DNA of 64,000 nucleotides from a virus, in IMG/VR virus record IMGVR_UViG_3300047650_000023; one strand, written 5' to 3'. Within the stretch, counting starts at the first letter, position 1; each line of letters starts with the position of its first letter. Below, piece by piece: positions 46,834-57,718 of this stretch. A program made the position numbers and the translations under genes. Below the pieces are notes generated by a model that was given only the letters and a program-made list of their open reading frames with translations, made no database searches and was not told the DNA's origin.

Positions 46834-47223
46834 ATGGAATTTTTAAATGAAGCTTTTGATGAATTTTTTAGTGGGATGTCTTTGTTTGGGTATAAGCCTA
46901 TGAGACTTGTATTCAATAGCGCAGGTATTAAAGATATGTCTCCGTATAAGTTTATAAAAACTGATAAGGGATATAAATGTCTTGTAAAAACACTGGGGAT
47001 TAATGAAAAGGATATTGAAGTAACAGTTGAGGATTATGGTATTAAAGTTAATGGTAAAAGTGAAGTTGAAGGTGACGAATATAATACTGAAATTCAAATT
47101 GCTATTAATGAAACTGTAATGGATAATCTTAAAGAAATAAACTATCATTCTATTAATGGATTAACAGTAGTAGAAATGATTATTGAGAATCAAAGAAAAA
47201 CGATTTCTATAAATAGAAAATAA
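46834..47223 (+). CDS. Hsp20/alpha-crystallin-like protein
   Basis: TLGINEKDIEVTVED..IKVNG...NGL pattern; GGAGGT upstream. Confidence 0.7.
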   Translation: MEFLNEAFDEFFSGMSLFGYKPMRLVFNSAGIKDMSPYKFIKTDKGYKCLVKTLGINEKDIEVTVEDYGIKVNGKSEVEGDEYNTEIQIAINETVMDNLKEINYHSINGLTVVEMIIENQRKTISINRK

Positions 47224-47449
47224 CATAAAACAGCTATTTTATAGGGTTTAATTAAATAGAAGATAGATCGAGAGCATCAAGAATTAATCTTGGTGCTTTT
47301 TATTGTGTCTTTTTATAAGATACAATTGGATATTTTATGAGGCTTAGTTAGATTTTATATCATAGATTAAGAAAGAAGGATTTACAATTTTATATAGATT
47401 TGAATTAACGGAATATGTATTTAAACATCCTGACGGTCATTATATACCT

Positions 47450-47983
47450 ATGGCGTTTCCAATGTATATTTCGTTAAGTGATATTGATCATATGAATAAA
47501 GAATTTATAAGACAGCAAAAGATTATAGAAGATTTTGTAGATAAATATTCAAAAGAAAAGAATTTTGAAGTTGTTAATTGTACAGGTGGAACTTTTAATA
47601 TTCCAAGAATGTTTTCATACGAAGTTAATTTTAAGAACTTATACAATGAAAACTGGTATGAACATAGATATTCAGATTCTAAAATTAAACAGTATTTAAA
47701 ATATAAATCTTGCAATAAAAAACATAAAGAAGATTTTGTATTTACTAAAGAACATGTTGGCGAATTTGTATGTAGTAATGATATAGATATTAAAAACGAT
47801 GGTTATGATATTGATGTGGTAATTTGTAATAATTGTAATATTGCTTTTAATTTAACTGATATAAATAAAGGGTTTTGGAATGCAATCAAGAATGATTTGA
47901 ATCATATTTTAAGAAATATTAATAGCATGTGGTTTAATATTACAATGCCTATTTATATATTAATGCATAAGAAAATAAATTAA
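47450..47983 (+). CDS. Hypothetical protein (may start further upstream)
   Basis: Frame stays open about 20 codons upstream of the ATG. Confidence 0.6.
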   Translation: MAFPMYISLSDIDHMNKEFIRQQKIIEDFVDKYSKEKNFEVVNCTGGTFNIPRMFSYEVNFKNLYNENWYEHRYSDSKIKQYLKYKSCNKKHKEDFVFTKEHVGEFVCSNDIDIKNDGYDIDVVICNNCNIAFNLTDINKGFWNAIKNDLNHILRNINSMWFNITMPIYILMHKKIN

Positions 47984-48013
47984 ACACATAACGAAAGGAA
48001 GTCATTAATTACA

Positions 48014-49105
48014 GTGAAATCAAATAATCCGAATGCATTAAACTCTAAACGTCCTATAAATAGTGACTCTCCTCCTGTATATCGGTGTACTCGTTGTGGT
48101 AAAACTAAAAGTGACCCAAAAGGATATTTTTTTATATCTAAAGCATCCCCTTTATTTGTAGGAAACGAATTATATTCTTGTATATGTTCTGATTGTGCAA
48201 ATGAATTATTTACGGATATTTCCAATAAACTAAAAGATACTAGAATTGGATTATTGGTAATATGTCATTATTTAGATGTATATTTTAGTGAAAAATTATA
48301 TGAGGATATAAAAGGAAATGCTAATTTTTCACTTGGCGTATATTTATCCAAATTAAATAATGTTCAATATAAAGCTAGAAATTTTACAACCTATTTGTTT
48401 GAAGCACTTGCTACTAATAAATTAATTAAAGGTTCACAAGAAATTCAAACAGATAAAGAAGAAAAATGGAGCAAAGAAGATTTAAAAAATAAAACTAGGG
48501 TTTCACATATACTTCATTATGATCCTTTTGAAGATGAAAATTATACAAACGAAGATAGAAAATTTATGTTTAATTTATGTTCGGATTATTTAGTTGATGA
48601 AACAACAATAGAAGACCCACATAAATTACAAGGTGTTGTCGAATTAGTTAAAACATATGGGCAATTAAATAAAATAAATACTCAATTAAATAGAGAAGTT
48701 GCCACAAATATGGCAAATGAAAGTAAAATAAAAACTTTATCGAGTACTAAAAAAGATTTGATGGATTTAATCAATAAATTTGCAAAAGAAAATGGTATTT
48801 CAGCGTCTTTAAGTAATAAAGGACAAAAAGGCTCTGCTAGTTTTGCTTATCATATTAAAAATTTAGATGAAATAGATTTTACTGAAGCAAAAGTAAATTT
48901 ATTTGACATTGAAACATGTGAATCTATGAGGCAATTTGATGAAATAAGTGATGCAAATATATTAAAACAACTTCATTTAAACGCTGATGAATTAGGAACT
49001 ATGTTGGAAGATCAAACTAAAATGATTTTTAATTATAAGGAACAAATGGACAAATTAAAAGAAGAAAATAGACTTTTAAAAATTAAAAATATTGAGGTGA
49101 ATTAA
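48014..49105 (+). CDS. Putative terminase small subunit / packaging-associated zinc-finger protein
   Basis: CTRC and CSDC pairs; abuts the terminase large subunit. Confidence 0.55.
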   Translation: MKSNNPNALNSKRPINSDSPPVYRCTRCGKTKSDPKGYFFISKASPLFVGNELYSCICSDCANELFTDISNKLKDTRIGLLVICHYLDVYFSEKLYEDIKGNANFSLGVYLSKLNNVQYKARNFTTYLFEALATNKLIKGSQEIQTDKEEKWSKEDLKNKTRVSHILHYDPFEDENYTNEDRKFMFNLCSDYLVDETTIEDPHKLQGVVELVKTYGQLNKINTQLNREVATNMANESKIKTLSSTKKDLMDLINKFAKENGISASLSNKGQKGSASFAYHIKNLDEIDFTEAKVNLFDIETCESMRQFDEISDANILKQLHLNADELGTMLEDQTKMIFNYKEQMDKLKEENRLLKIKNIEVN

Positions 49106-51043
49106 TTGGATTATTTAATTAAATCATCTCAAAAGGATTTATCAGATAGAAAACTTGAAGCATATGCAAAATACGCTAAAATACTTCAGTGGGGTAGGCA
49201 ATGTCCAGTTAGATATTGTGAACGGTTTTATGGGATTGAGTTGTTAGATCATCAAAGATTTGTATTTATGAAATCATGGATTACTCCAAGAAATGTTTGG
49301 TGTCAAAGTCGTGGTTCTGGGAAAACAACACTTTTAGCTCCATTTGTTATGGCAAAATCAAATTTATTTGCAAAACACCAAAGTTATATAATGTCAGGTG
49401 TTGGGAGTCAATCACAAGAATGTTTTTTGAAAATCGAGCGTATAGCAAAAAATGAAATTGCTTCTTTTACAGGGTTGACAGATTTTTTCTTGGGAGAAAT
49501 TGAAGTCAATAATGCTGCAAGTGATGGTTTTATTCATAATCCATCTTCGTTTACATATAAACTATTTAACGATAGTAGAGTTAATTCATTAAATGGTGCT
49601 TTTGACAACAATAGGTCAAAACGCTCAAATTTAAATATATATGATGAGAGTGGATTTGCTCCAGAAGATTTATTTGTTACTTCAATGCCCTTTATTACAC
49701 AAGATAGTAACTTTGCGTTAGGTGGAAATATTGATTTAGAAATAAAACCAAGAAATGTTCCAAATCAGGCTATTTTTGCAAGTTCAGCATCGGATATGAG
49801 TACATATTTTTATAGAAATGCTTATAAAGAATATGCAAAACGAATGTTCTTAGGTGATAAAGATTATTATGTTGCTGATGTAAATGCTGAAATTGTTTTT
49901 AATGCAACTTATAATGGTAAAATTTATCCTGTTTCTCTTTTGTCTAAAAAAGAAGTAGATGATGAAATGAGAAAAAATAAGGAAAAAGCTTTACGAGAGT
50001 ATTACAATAAATTCAGCGTTGATGGTGGTGATCAACAGCCATTTAAACGTTCTGTAATTAGAAAAAATAGTATCGTTCGCTTGCCAGAATTAAGAAATGT
50101 TGATAATAAACGTTATGTTTTTGCTTATGACCCTGCTCGTCAATTTGATAATGCTATGTGTTTAGTTGCTGAAATATATAATGACCCCAAAGTTGGATAT
50201 AAAATGAATATATGTAATGGTGTAGGGTTTATAGACATTCAAAAAAAGACAAAAACTCAAATGCGTTATCCAAAACAACTACAAATAATTAAACAAATGG
50301 TTTTAGATTATAATGGCACTGGAAAGTTGGATTATGAAAATATCGAAAAAATTTTAATAGACTCAGGCAGTGGTGGTGGCGGACGTTTTATTGCCGATGA
50401 TTTAATGGAAGATTGGACAGATAAAAATAATCATCCCCATAAAGGTCTTATTGATAACATTGAACATATTGAATATTTATCTCAATTTCCAAATGCTATA
50501 GATAAATTAAAATTATTAAGTCCTAAAAAATATAAAGTTGAAATGTTTGATTCTTTAGTTGAAATGTTAAACCTTGATTTAATATCTTTTACAGCAGATT
50601 ATGATAATAAAGGTGTTATAATGCTTTACAAAGATAATGAATTTGAATATGAAGACGAAATAGATGGAACTAAGAAAAAAGATATTAATCGAGAAATGTA
50701 TGAGCATATTTTATCTTTTGAGGAAGAAGTAGCTTTAATTCAAATTGATTTAGCAAAAGAAGAATTAGCTAATATATATCGGTATGATACATCTAATGGT
50801 GGTTGCAGATATGATTTATCAACAGAACAATCTAATAAAATGCATGATGATAGAGCATATTGTTTAGCTATGTTGGGATGGTATTTAGCGCAATTAAGAC
50901 ATGGACAAATTACCGATAAAGATAAACCATCTATCAACATGTCCGATTATTTCATATCAACAGGCATATCTCACGCATCGACTTCATCGTCATTCCCCTA
51001 TCAAACCAACACAAATGCTTTCAGCAATATATTCAAAAAATAA
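49106..51043 (+). CDS. terL: Terminase large subunit
   Basis: Walker A SRGSGKT, Walker B NIYDE, nuclease YDPAR and HDDRAY. Confidence 0.9.
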   Translation: MDYLIKSSQKDLSDRKLEAYAKYAKILQWGRQCPVRYCERFYGIELLDHQRFVFMKSWITPRNVWCQSRGSGKTTLLAPFVMAKSNLFAKHQSYIMSGVGSQSQECFLKIERIAKNEIASFTGLTDFFLGEIEVNNAASDGFIHNPSSFTYKLFNDSRVNSLNGAFDNNRSKRSNLNIYDESGFAPEDLFVTSMPFITQDSNFALGGNIDLEIKPRNVPNQAIFASSASDMSTYFYRNAYKEYAKRMFLGDKDYYVADVNAEIVFNATYNGKIYPVSLLSKKEVDDEMRKNKEKALREYYNKFSVDGGDQQPFKRSVIRKNSIVRLPELRNVDNKRYVFAYDPARQFDNAMCLVAEIYNDPKVGYKMNICNGVGFIDIQKKTKTQMRYPKQLQIIKQMVLDYNGTGKLDYENIEKILIDSGSGGGGRFIADDLMEDWTDKNNHPHKGLIDNIEHIEYLSQFPNAIDKLKLLSPKKYKVEMFDSLVEMLNLDLISFTADYDNKGVIMLYKDNEFEYEDEIDGTKKKDINREMYEHILSFEEEVALIQIDLAKEELANIYRYDTSNGGCRYDLSTEQSNKMHDDRAYCLAMLGWYLAQLRHGQITDKDKPSINMSDYFISTGISHASTSSSFPYQTNTNAFSNIFKK

Positions 51044-51089
51044 ACTAAAAATAAAATTTCAATACAGAAAGGAGGCGAGTTCATAATTA

Positions 51090-52850
51090 ATGGGAAGACC
51101 AAAAGGTTCAACAACTAAACCAAAATCAAATAATCAATCCTATAACACACCTATTCAATCTCCACAACAAACTCAAACACCATCACAGTTTGCAGAAGAT
51201 TTTGCGACACGATATTTAAATCAATATGTAAAATTTATAGAAAATTTTGCATCTGTCAATTCAGCTACATCTGGAACAGGATATTACAATCCTATTTATG
51301 CTAATAGTGCAATGAAAAGATTTAATACTTATTCTAATAAGCCTAGTATGCGAGATTTAATATCTTGGTTAGATAATCCTAGATATTTTGAGCAACAATT
51401 AAGAGGACTATCAGATTGGTTAACATTTTCTTGTGAATTTTATACAAGAACTATTTATTATGCGGCAAATATTTTAAATTTTGATTATGAATTAATCCCT
51501 ATAAATCCTCCTGCATCAAATGCAACAGCGAGTGAAATTGATTTATATAAACGACAAAAATATTTAAATAATGATTGGCTTAGAAAATTCAGAGTAAAAG
51601 AACAATGTTCAAATATAATGTTGGATGTAATTAAATCAGGTGGAAAATTCTATTATTTGAGACATAGTGATACGAGTGATTATCTGCAAAATATGCCAGA
51701 TGATTATTTATACATTAATGGTCGAGTTGATACAGTTGGATATACATATAGCATGAACATGTCTTTCTTTTATCAATTTCCAGAAAGTGTTTTTGGATTT
51801 GCTCCAGAATTTGCAGATTGGTATAAAAACTTTCTCACACCAGAAGGTAAATTTGATAACACTTCTAATCCATATAAACGTATGCCTATTGATAGGTCTG
51901 TTGTATTTAAATTTGATGATACAAGACCTGAAAATATACCCCCATTTGCAGGAATATTTAAAAATGCTTTAGAAATTGAAGATTATCAAGATTTGCTTAA
52001 ATTAAAAGCACAACTACAAACATTTCAAATGTTATATCTTGAAATTCCAAAAGACAAAGATGGTAAACCAACTATAACAGCAAATGAAAGTATTAATTAT
52101 GTAGCAGTTGCTCAAACACAAGTTCCCACTGGAACAGGAATAGTATCATCTCCTATGCATTTGGAACAAATTGATTTTGATAATTCACAGAATTTTAATA
52201 ATATAATTGGACTTGGTGCGAGTAATTTTTATCAAAGTTCTGGTTTATGTCCTGCTATATTTGGAGATAGTACAAAATCGGCAGTAGGAATTATAAATAG
52301 TATACAAACAGATTATCTTATGTTTGAACATATGTACAATCAATTTGAGCGTTTTATAAATTATCAACTCACTAAAATTTCTGGTAAATATGATTTTGCA
52401 ATTAAATTTTTAAGACGTTCTAATTATACATTAAGTGATGATATTACTAATGCTTTTAAATTATTAGATCATGGTGGAGCAATAGGAAGAACTTTATCTG
52501 CATTAGGTGCTGAACCGTGGCAACACGAAAATACATTACTTGATAATGTTCTTTGTGGATATACAGATTTATTAAGAGTTCCACAAACTGCTTATACACA
52601 ATCTAGTAGTAGTAGTGATAGTGGAGGAAGACCTACATCAGAGCAAGCAGGAACAGCAATTACTGATTCTAATGATATTACTCGTTCAGCAGGAAGTAAT
52701 CAAGATAAGTTTTCTGCACATAAATGTTTAAATTGCGGTAAAGAACTTGATTCAAATAATTCAAATGGAATGTTTTGTTCAGATGATTGTAAATTAGAAT
52801 GGGCAACGAGTATTGTAGATGAAAACAAAGATGATTTAGGTGGTGAATAA
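51090..52850 (+). CDS. Portal protein
   Basis: 586 aa directly after terL; C-terminal GGRP motif common in portals. Confidence 0.75.
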   Translation: MGRPKGSTTKPKSNNQSYNTPIQSPQQTQTPSQFAEDFATRYLNQYVKFIENFASVNSATSGTGYYNPIYANSAMKRFNTYSNKPSMRDLISWLDNPRYFEQQLRGLSDWLTFSCEFYTRTIYYAANILNFDYELIPINPPASNATASEIDLYKRQKYLNNDWLRKFRVKEQCSNIMLDVIKSGGKFYYLRHSDTSDYLQNMPDDYLYINGRVDTVGYTYSMNMSFFYQFPESVFGFAPEFADWYKNFLTPEGKFDNTSNPYKRMPIDRSVVFKFDDTRPENIPPFAGIFKNALEIEDYQDLLKLKAQLQTFQMLYLEIPKDKDGKPTITANESINYVAVAQTQVPTGTGIVSSPMHLEQIDFDNSQNFNNIIGLGASNFYQSSGLCPAIFGDSTKSAVGIINSIQTDYLMFEHMYNQFERFINYQLTKISGKYDFAIKFLRRSNYTLSDDITNAFKLLDHGGAIGRTLSALGAEPWQHENTLLDNVLCGYTDLLRVPQTAYTQSSSSSDSGGRPTSEQAGTAITDSNDITRSAGSNQDKFSAHKCLNCGKELDSNNSNGMFCSDDCKLEWATSIVDENKDDLGGE

Positions 52851-53363
52851 ATGAAAAATGGACTTATATCAGACGGTTTAAATAATTATCTAAATAGTTT
52901 AGTTGGCGAATGTTTTCTTTTGAATAGAGTTATGGATAGGAATGTTAGTATTTTATCAGTTAAGTTTGTTATGAACAATTCAGTAAAATATTTGCATCAG
53001 AAATTTTCTCACAGATTCCCGATCCTCGGAGATATAATTTCTGATTATCAAGGCTCAAGAAACTGTTTAACTGTATATCCTGCTACTCCTGAAGATGCAA
53101 GTGATTATGCTACACCACTAGATTTATTTAATAAATTGTATGATTATCAAATTACTTTTGAAAATTCAGTTAAAGAAGTTATAGAACAAGCAAAAGATGA
53201 AGGCGATTTAATGACTAAAAAGTTTTTAGAAGATTTTTTATTTGAATTGAGTAAATACACAAATCAAATTATGCTTCTTTGTGATAAAGCCGAATCTTAC
53301 GGAACTGATTATATGAGTTTTGATAGAGACATTAAAAAATTCTTTTTGTTTGGAGACAATTGA
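52851..53363 (+). CDS. Ferritin-like four-helix-bundle protein
   Basis: AKDEGDLMTKKFLEDFL resembles the ferritin helix-D region. Confidence 0.55.
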   Translation: MKNGLISDGLNNYLNSLVGECFLLNRVMDRNVSILSVKFVMNNSVKYLHQKFSHRFPILGDIISDYQGSRNCLTVYPATPEDASDYATPLDLFNKLYDYQITFENSVKEVIEQAKDEGDLMTKKFLEDFLFELSKYTNQIMLLCDKAESYGTDYMSFDRDIKKFFLFGDN

Positions 53364-53386
53364 GGAAATAGAATGGTGAATAATAA

Positions 53387-53587
53387 ATGAAAAAGTATAT
53401 TAAATGTTTTTCACAGGAAAAAGCTGATTCTCTACAAGATATTGGACTTTCATTCCTTTATGATCAACATGGAGTTTGGTATTTTGAAGATAACGCAAAG
53501 GTAACTCAAAATATGAGATTCAGTAAATCTGAAGATGGAAAATTCAGTGAAGATGATATTGAATTTTGTAAAAGTTTAAATTTTTAA
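53387..53587 (+). CDS. Small hypothetical head-module protein
   Basis: ORF between the ferritin-like and protease genes. Confidence 0.7.
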   Translation: MKKYIKCFSQEKADSLQDIGLSFLYDQHGVWYFEDNAKVTQNMRFSKSEDGKFSEDDIEFCKSLNF

Positions 53588-53622
53588 AATTAAGAATAAT
53601 TAAATTGAAGGGAGGTGATAAT

Positions 53623-55830
53623 TTGAAAGAAAGTTTTGCTATTGACAATCAAATTTTTGATTTAACTGAAATTAATCCATTGATTGTAAAATATAAAGTT
53701 GCTATAGCAAGTGCTGATTTCCAAGCCAATGGATTTTATTTTAGTAAAAGTCTTTTATCAACTCTTTTTAATACTATTAAGGGTAGTCCAGTTCTTACTT
53801 ATTATGATGAGAATTCAAATATATTCGCAGGTCATGAAGGGGATGTTTACAGAAGTAAAACTGGATTAAAAAGAACACCAACTACAATTCCTGTTGGCTT
53901 CGCTGCTTATGATGAAGATAGTGTATTTTGGCAAACTTTAAATTTAGATGGTACAGACCGTGAATGGTTATGTGCTTGTGTTTACTTATGGAAAGATAGA
54001 TATCCGTATGTTGATGATTTAACAGGCGAGTCTGTAATTGCTAACCAAAGCATGGAATTAGAAATGGTTTATGAAATGAAAAATGGAGTTAAAGTTGTCA
54101 CAGAAGCAGAATTTAACGCCATCACTATTATTGGTATCACTCCAGCTTTCGCAGGAAGTTGTGTTCTTAATTTTTCCAAACAAGATTTCTCAAAAGATAT
54201 TCTACAAATGAAACAACAATTAACAAACATAACAAAATATTCTTCTATAGATTTTTCTATTCCATCTGAAATAAAAGAATTTTGTAAAACAAACTTATCA
54301 CAAAATAATAATCAAATAGAAAAAATAACAAGTGTTTGTAAAACCAATATTAATTATCTACTTAATAACGATTATATCACATCAAATATGATGTCTTATA
54401 TACAAAAATATTTCTCTAGCATTAAAGACAAAAAAACATTTTCGCTTAATGGTGAAAATGTAGTCGTGGAATGGTGCAATAATCTTATTTCCCAGATGCG
54501 AGAAGTAGACAAGGGTGGTGAGAAGTTAAATATGTCTCAAACAGAGGAATTTTCTAAAGATGAATGGGGTTCAGGAGATTATAAAATAAAAGTTAACAAA
54601 AATAAAAATGCTGTTAGTAATAAAGCATGGGGAGATGTTGATAAAACAGCTTTAATGCACCAAGTAATAAAGGCTACTAATGGAAAATCTGTTGTTAATG
54701 ATATTTACGCTGATGTTGAAGATGGATATGAAGATGCACCATCAAAACATTTAAAATTTCCCATCATGGAAGTTAATTCTGATAACGAAGCAGTTTATAA
54801 TTCAAACGCTCTTTCCAGTGCATTAGCTTATGCAAATAATTCTGATACTGGAAATCCAAAAGTAGCAAAAAAAATAGAAGGGATTCAAAAGGATTTAGAT
54901 CTTTTGAAAGAAGGTGAAAAAAATAATATGACAAAAACAAAAATGACAAAAGCACAGAAAAGTGAATTTTCAGCAAAGTTTAGTCTTAGTGCAAATCAGA
55001 TTATTAGCTTAATGAATGACGCTTGTGATTCTCAAACTTATGATACTGATTATGGTACAAATGATCAATATAATATTTATGATTTTGATGATACTTATAT
55101 GTATGGTTATGATTGTCAGAATAGTTGTACTGTAGCTATTCCTTTTACAATTGCCGATGATGGAACTATTACTCCTGATTTTGATAATGTTCAAGCAGCT
55201 AAAAACGCTTCAATATGGGTTGTTTCAGGCAATGATGATTATGCTAACACTGATGATGATGATACATATTCAATGTTTGCTAACGCAAAATGTGCTAAAG
55301 TTGAATCAAAAATGACAGCGAAGATAACAGAATCAGAAACAAAAATGTCTGAAGTAAATAATAAATTAAGTGAAACAGAAGCAAAACTTACTGACACTGA
55401 AGCAAAATTAGGCAAACAGTTTGCTGCAACTACTTCTCTTGAAACTGCACTTGCTGATGCACAAACAACTTGTGCTGAAAGACAAACTGAAATTGATAAT
55501 TTGTCAGCACAACTAAAAGGTAAAGAAGATAATGAAGTACTTACTGCTGCAAAAGCATTAATGAGTAAGAAAGAATTTAAAGTGTTTACAGAAGATGTTA
55601 AAGCTGAGATTCTAAAATTCGCTGTTGATAAAACACCAGAAGAATTTGAAACTATTGCATTAGCCAAACTGGGTAAATTTGCCGCTGAAAATTTTGAATA
55701 TGATTTAAATACTGGTAAATTTTCTACTATGTTTGTTCCTAATATAAATACTCAAAAGCCAAATAATAACGATTTGGCTGATGATCCTTATGCAGAAGCA
55801 CGTAAAAAATTCGGTATTGAAAACAAATAA
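53623..55830 (+). CDS. Prohead protease/scaffold protein
   Basis: Protease-like N-domain (NQSMELE, ITIIG..PAF), coiled-coil acidic C-terminus; precedes capsid genes; TTG after GGAGGTG. Confidence 0.7.
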   Translation: MKESFAIDNQIFDLTEINPLIVKYKVAIASADFQANGFYFSKSLLSTLFNTIKGSPVLTYYDENSNIFAGHEGDVYRSKTGLKRTPTTIPVGFAAYDEDSVFWQTLNLDGTDREWLCACVYLWKDRYPYVDDLTGESVIANQSMELEMVYEMKNGVKVVTEAEFNAITIIGITPAFAGSCVLNFSKQDFSKDILQMKQQLTNITKYSSIDFSIPSEIKEFCKTNLSQNNNQIEKITSVCKTNINYLLNNDYITSNMMSYIQKYFSSIKDKKTFSLNGENVVVEWCNNLISQMREVDKGGEKLNMSQTEEFSKDEWGSGDYKIKVNKNKNAVSNKAWGDVDKTALMHQVIKATNGKSVVNDIYADVEDGYEDAPSKHLKFPIMEVNSDNEAVYNSNALSSALAYANNSDTGNPKVAKKIEGIQKDLDLLKEGEKNNMTKTKMTKAQKSEFSAKFSLSANQIISLMNDACDSQTYDTDYGTNDQYNIYDFDDTYMYGYDCQNSCTVAIPFTIADDGTITPDFDNVQAAKNASIWVVSGNDDYANTDDDDTYSMFANAKCAKVESKMTAKITESETKMSEVNNKLSETEAKLTDTEAKLGKQFAATTSLETALADAQTTCAERQTEIDNLSAQLKGKEDNEVLTAAKALMSKKEFKVFTEDVKAEILKFAVDKTPEEFETIALAKLGKFAAENFEYDLNTGKFSTMFVPNINTQKPNNNDLADDPYAEARKKFGIENK

Positions 55831-55859
55831 ATTAAAAAAGAAAGAATGGTGATTTTATA

Positions 55860-56402
55860 ATGGCTGGTATTTTTAGACTTTATGATCTTCCTATGTATGA
55901 TAACGAAAATATTGACTTTATTAAAGTTGCTACAGATAACCTTTCAAACGGAATGGCTGTTGTAGCAAAGGATGTTGTAGGTACATTTTTGGATGGACAG
56001 GGCGCACTTTATAATCCTGTACAGCCAGTTACTGTTGGAGATGCTTATGTAGCAATCGTTGCTTCTGAAAGTTATTATCATGACCTACAGGGCAATCGTA
56101 TTTCTATTGATGATCCTACTGTTAAGGTATTTACTACTGGTGACAGAATTAGAGTTATTCGTCCTGCTTTGAATAAAAAATATTTTATGTCTAATGATCT
56201 TATTACAGGTACTCCTGCTGTTGGTGGATATCTTATTCCTACTGCTGGTGCTTATGGTTGGACATATTCAGCAACTGATATTACAACTGGATCACCTAAA
56301 GTCGTTCTTTACATTGAACAAATTAATGTGAATGATACTTTTGTTGGTTTGGCTTCTGTTACTGGTGTAAAAGTTCGTGTTGTCAGAGCTTCTGGCGTAT
56401 AA
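55860..56402 (+). CDS. Putative head decoration protein
   Basis: Beta-rich 180 aa between scaffold and major capsid. Confidence 0.55.
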   Translation: MAGIFRLYDLPMYDNENIDFIKVATDNLSNGMAVVAKDVVGTFLDGQGALYNPVQPVTVGDAYVAIVASESYYHDLQGNRISIDDPTVKVFTTGDRIRVIRPALNKKYFMSNDLITGTPAVGGYLIPTAGAYGWTYSATDITTGSPKVVLYIEQINVNDTFVGLASVTGVKVRVVRASGV

Positions 56403-56432
56403 ATTAATTAAGAAAGGAACGGTGAAATAATA

Positions 56433-57563
56433 ATGAGTAATTTTAAAACAATACATGCAAATTCACATAAATTTTCTTTTAGTAAAAATGATGTAAACGC
56501 TATTGAACTAGGAGTTAGTTTAACAAATCGTAATCTTTATAAAGACAATTCTAAGGCATATGGTCGTTTTTCTAATTTTGGTGGAGAAACATATGAAGGT
56601 CTAAATTATAAACAGCATAATGATAGTTTCTTTGAAGCTGTAAAAACTGCTGCTTATGAGAAAGCTAATCTTATACCGGAAAATACTTCGTTTGCTCTTG
56701 CTTTCAGTTTTGATACTTTTCAGAAATCATTTTTCTCTGTAATTCAGGAAACTATTGATAATGTAAATAGCAAAAATGAAATTGAGGAAATTCTTGGTTT
56801 TGCTGATGTTCGCAGTCTTGCCGAAGGCGACTCAATGAACGTAACTGTAAAGCCTACTAATTCTTATTTCTTCGAGAGATCTGGTCTTGGTAAAACTCAT
56901 GGTACAGCACAGAAATATTACGGTAAGAGTGTTGTTCTTGCACCACAGACAAATGATACAGAAATATCTTTTAATAGAGCAGATATCGTTGCAGGTCGTG
57001 TAGATTGGGGTCGTGAGATTTCTCGTGCAGTTGGAGGACTTCGTTCTGGTTATCTTCAGGATATTGCTAATCTTATTTTCAGTTCAACTGTTACAAGTCC
57101 TATAGGTAATAAAACTATTTCTACTGGTGCATATTCTGAACTAGATTTCCGTACAAAGCTTCAATTGATTCAAGCACAGAATGGTTCTAGTAATACATAT
57201 ATTTATGGTACGGATATTAGTCTTTCTCCTTTGCTTCCTACTAATTCACAGCTTCAGCTAGGTCTTGGTATTGAGTATACTCAGAACGGATTTATCTCTA
57301 CTCCTTTTGGAACTAGAGCTATAGCACTTCCACAGGCGCTTCTTGCCGATAATGCTACACTTATTCTTCCAAACAATTATGTTGTTGGTATGAGTGTTGA
57401 TATTGGTAGTAAGCCTGTTGCAATTGGTGTTTCTGGTGAGACTAGAATTCAGTCACAGGTTGATAGTGAAAACGCTGGTGAAGATTTTGTTTACACTGTC
57501 AAATCTGATTGGGATGTTAAATTTGCAGGTCAAGGTAGGATTCTTCTTTACAAGACAATGTAA
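56433..57563 (+). CDS. Major capsid protein
   Basis: 376 aa, position after scaffold/decoration, low-skew highly expressed codon style. Confidence 0.75.
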   Translation: MSNFKTIHANSHKFSFSKNDVNAIELGVSLTNRNLYKDNSKAYGRFSNFGGETYEGLNYKQHNDSFFEAVKTAAYEKANLIPENTSFALAFSFDTFQKSFFSVIQETIDNVNSKNEIEEILGFADVRSLAEGDSMNVTVKPTNSYFFERSGLGKTHGTAQKYYGKSVVLAPQTNDTEISFNRADIVAGRVDWGREISRAVGGLRSGYLQDIANLIFSSTVTSPIGNKTISTGAYSELDFRTKLQLIQAQNGSSNTYIYGTDISLSPLLPTNSQLQLGLGIEYTQNGFISTPFGTRAIALPQALLADNATLILPNNYVVGMSVDIGSKPVAIGVSGETRIQSQVDSENAGEDFVYTVKSDWDVKFAGQGRILLYKTM

Positions 57564-57588
57564 TTTAAACAAACTAAACAAACTAAAA

Positions 57589-57619
57589 ATATAGAGGTTG
57601 GATTTCCAGCCTCTATATA
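57589..57619 (+). terminator. Hairpin after the capsid gene
   Basis: ATATAGAGGTTGGA / TCCAGCCTCTATAT. Confidence 0.6.
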
Positions 57620-57718
57620 ATTTTGTAATCAAAATATTATTAAAATGAGTATTAGGTATTATAAAACTATATAGAGGCTGGAATAAAATTTTAAATTTGA
57701 AAGGTGAATAATTAATTC

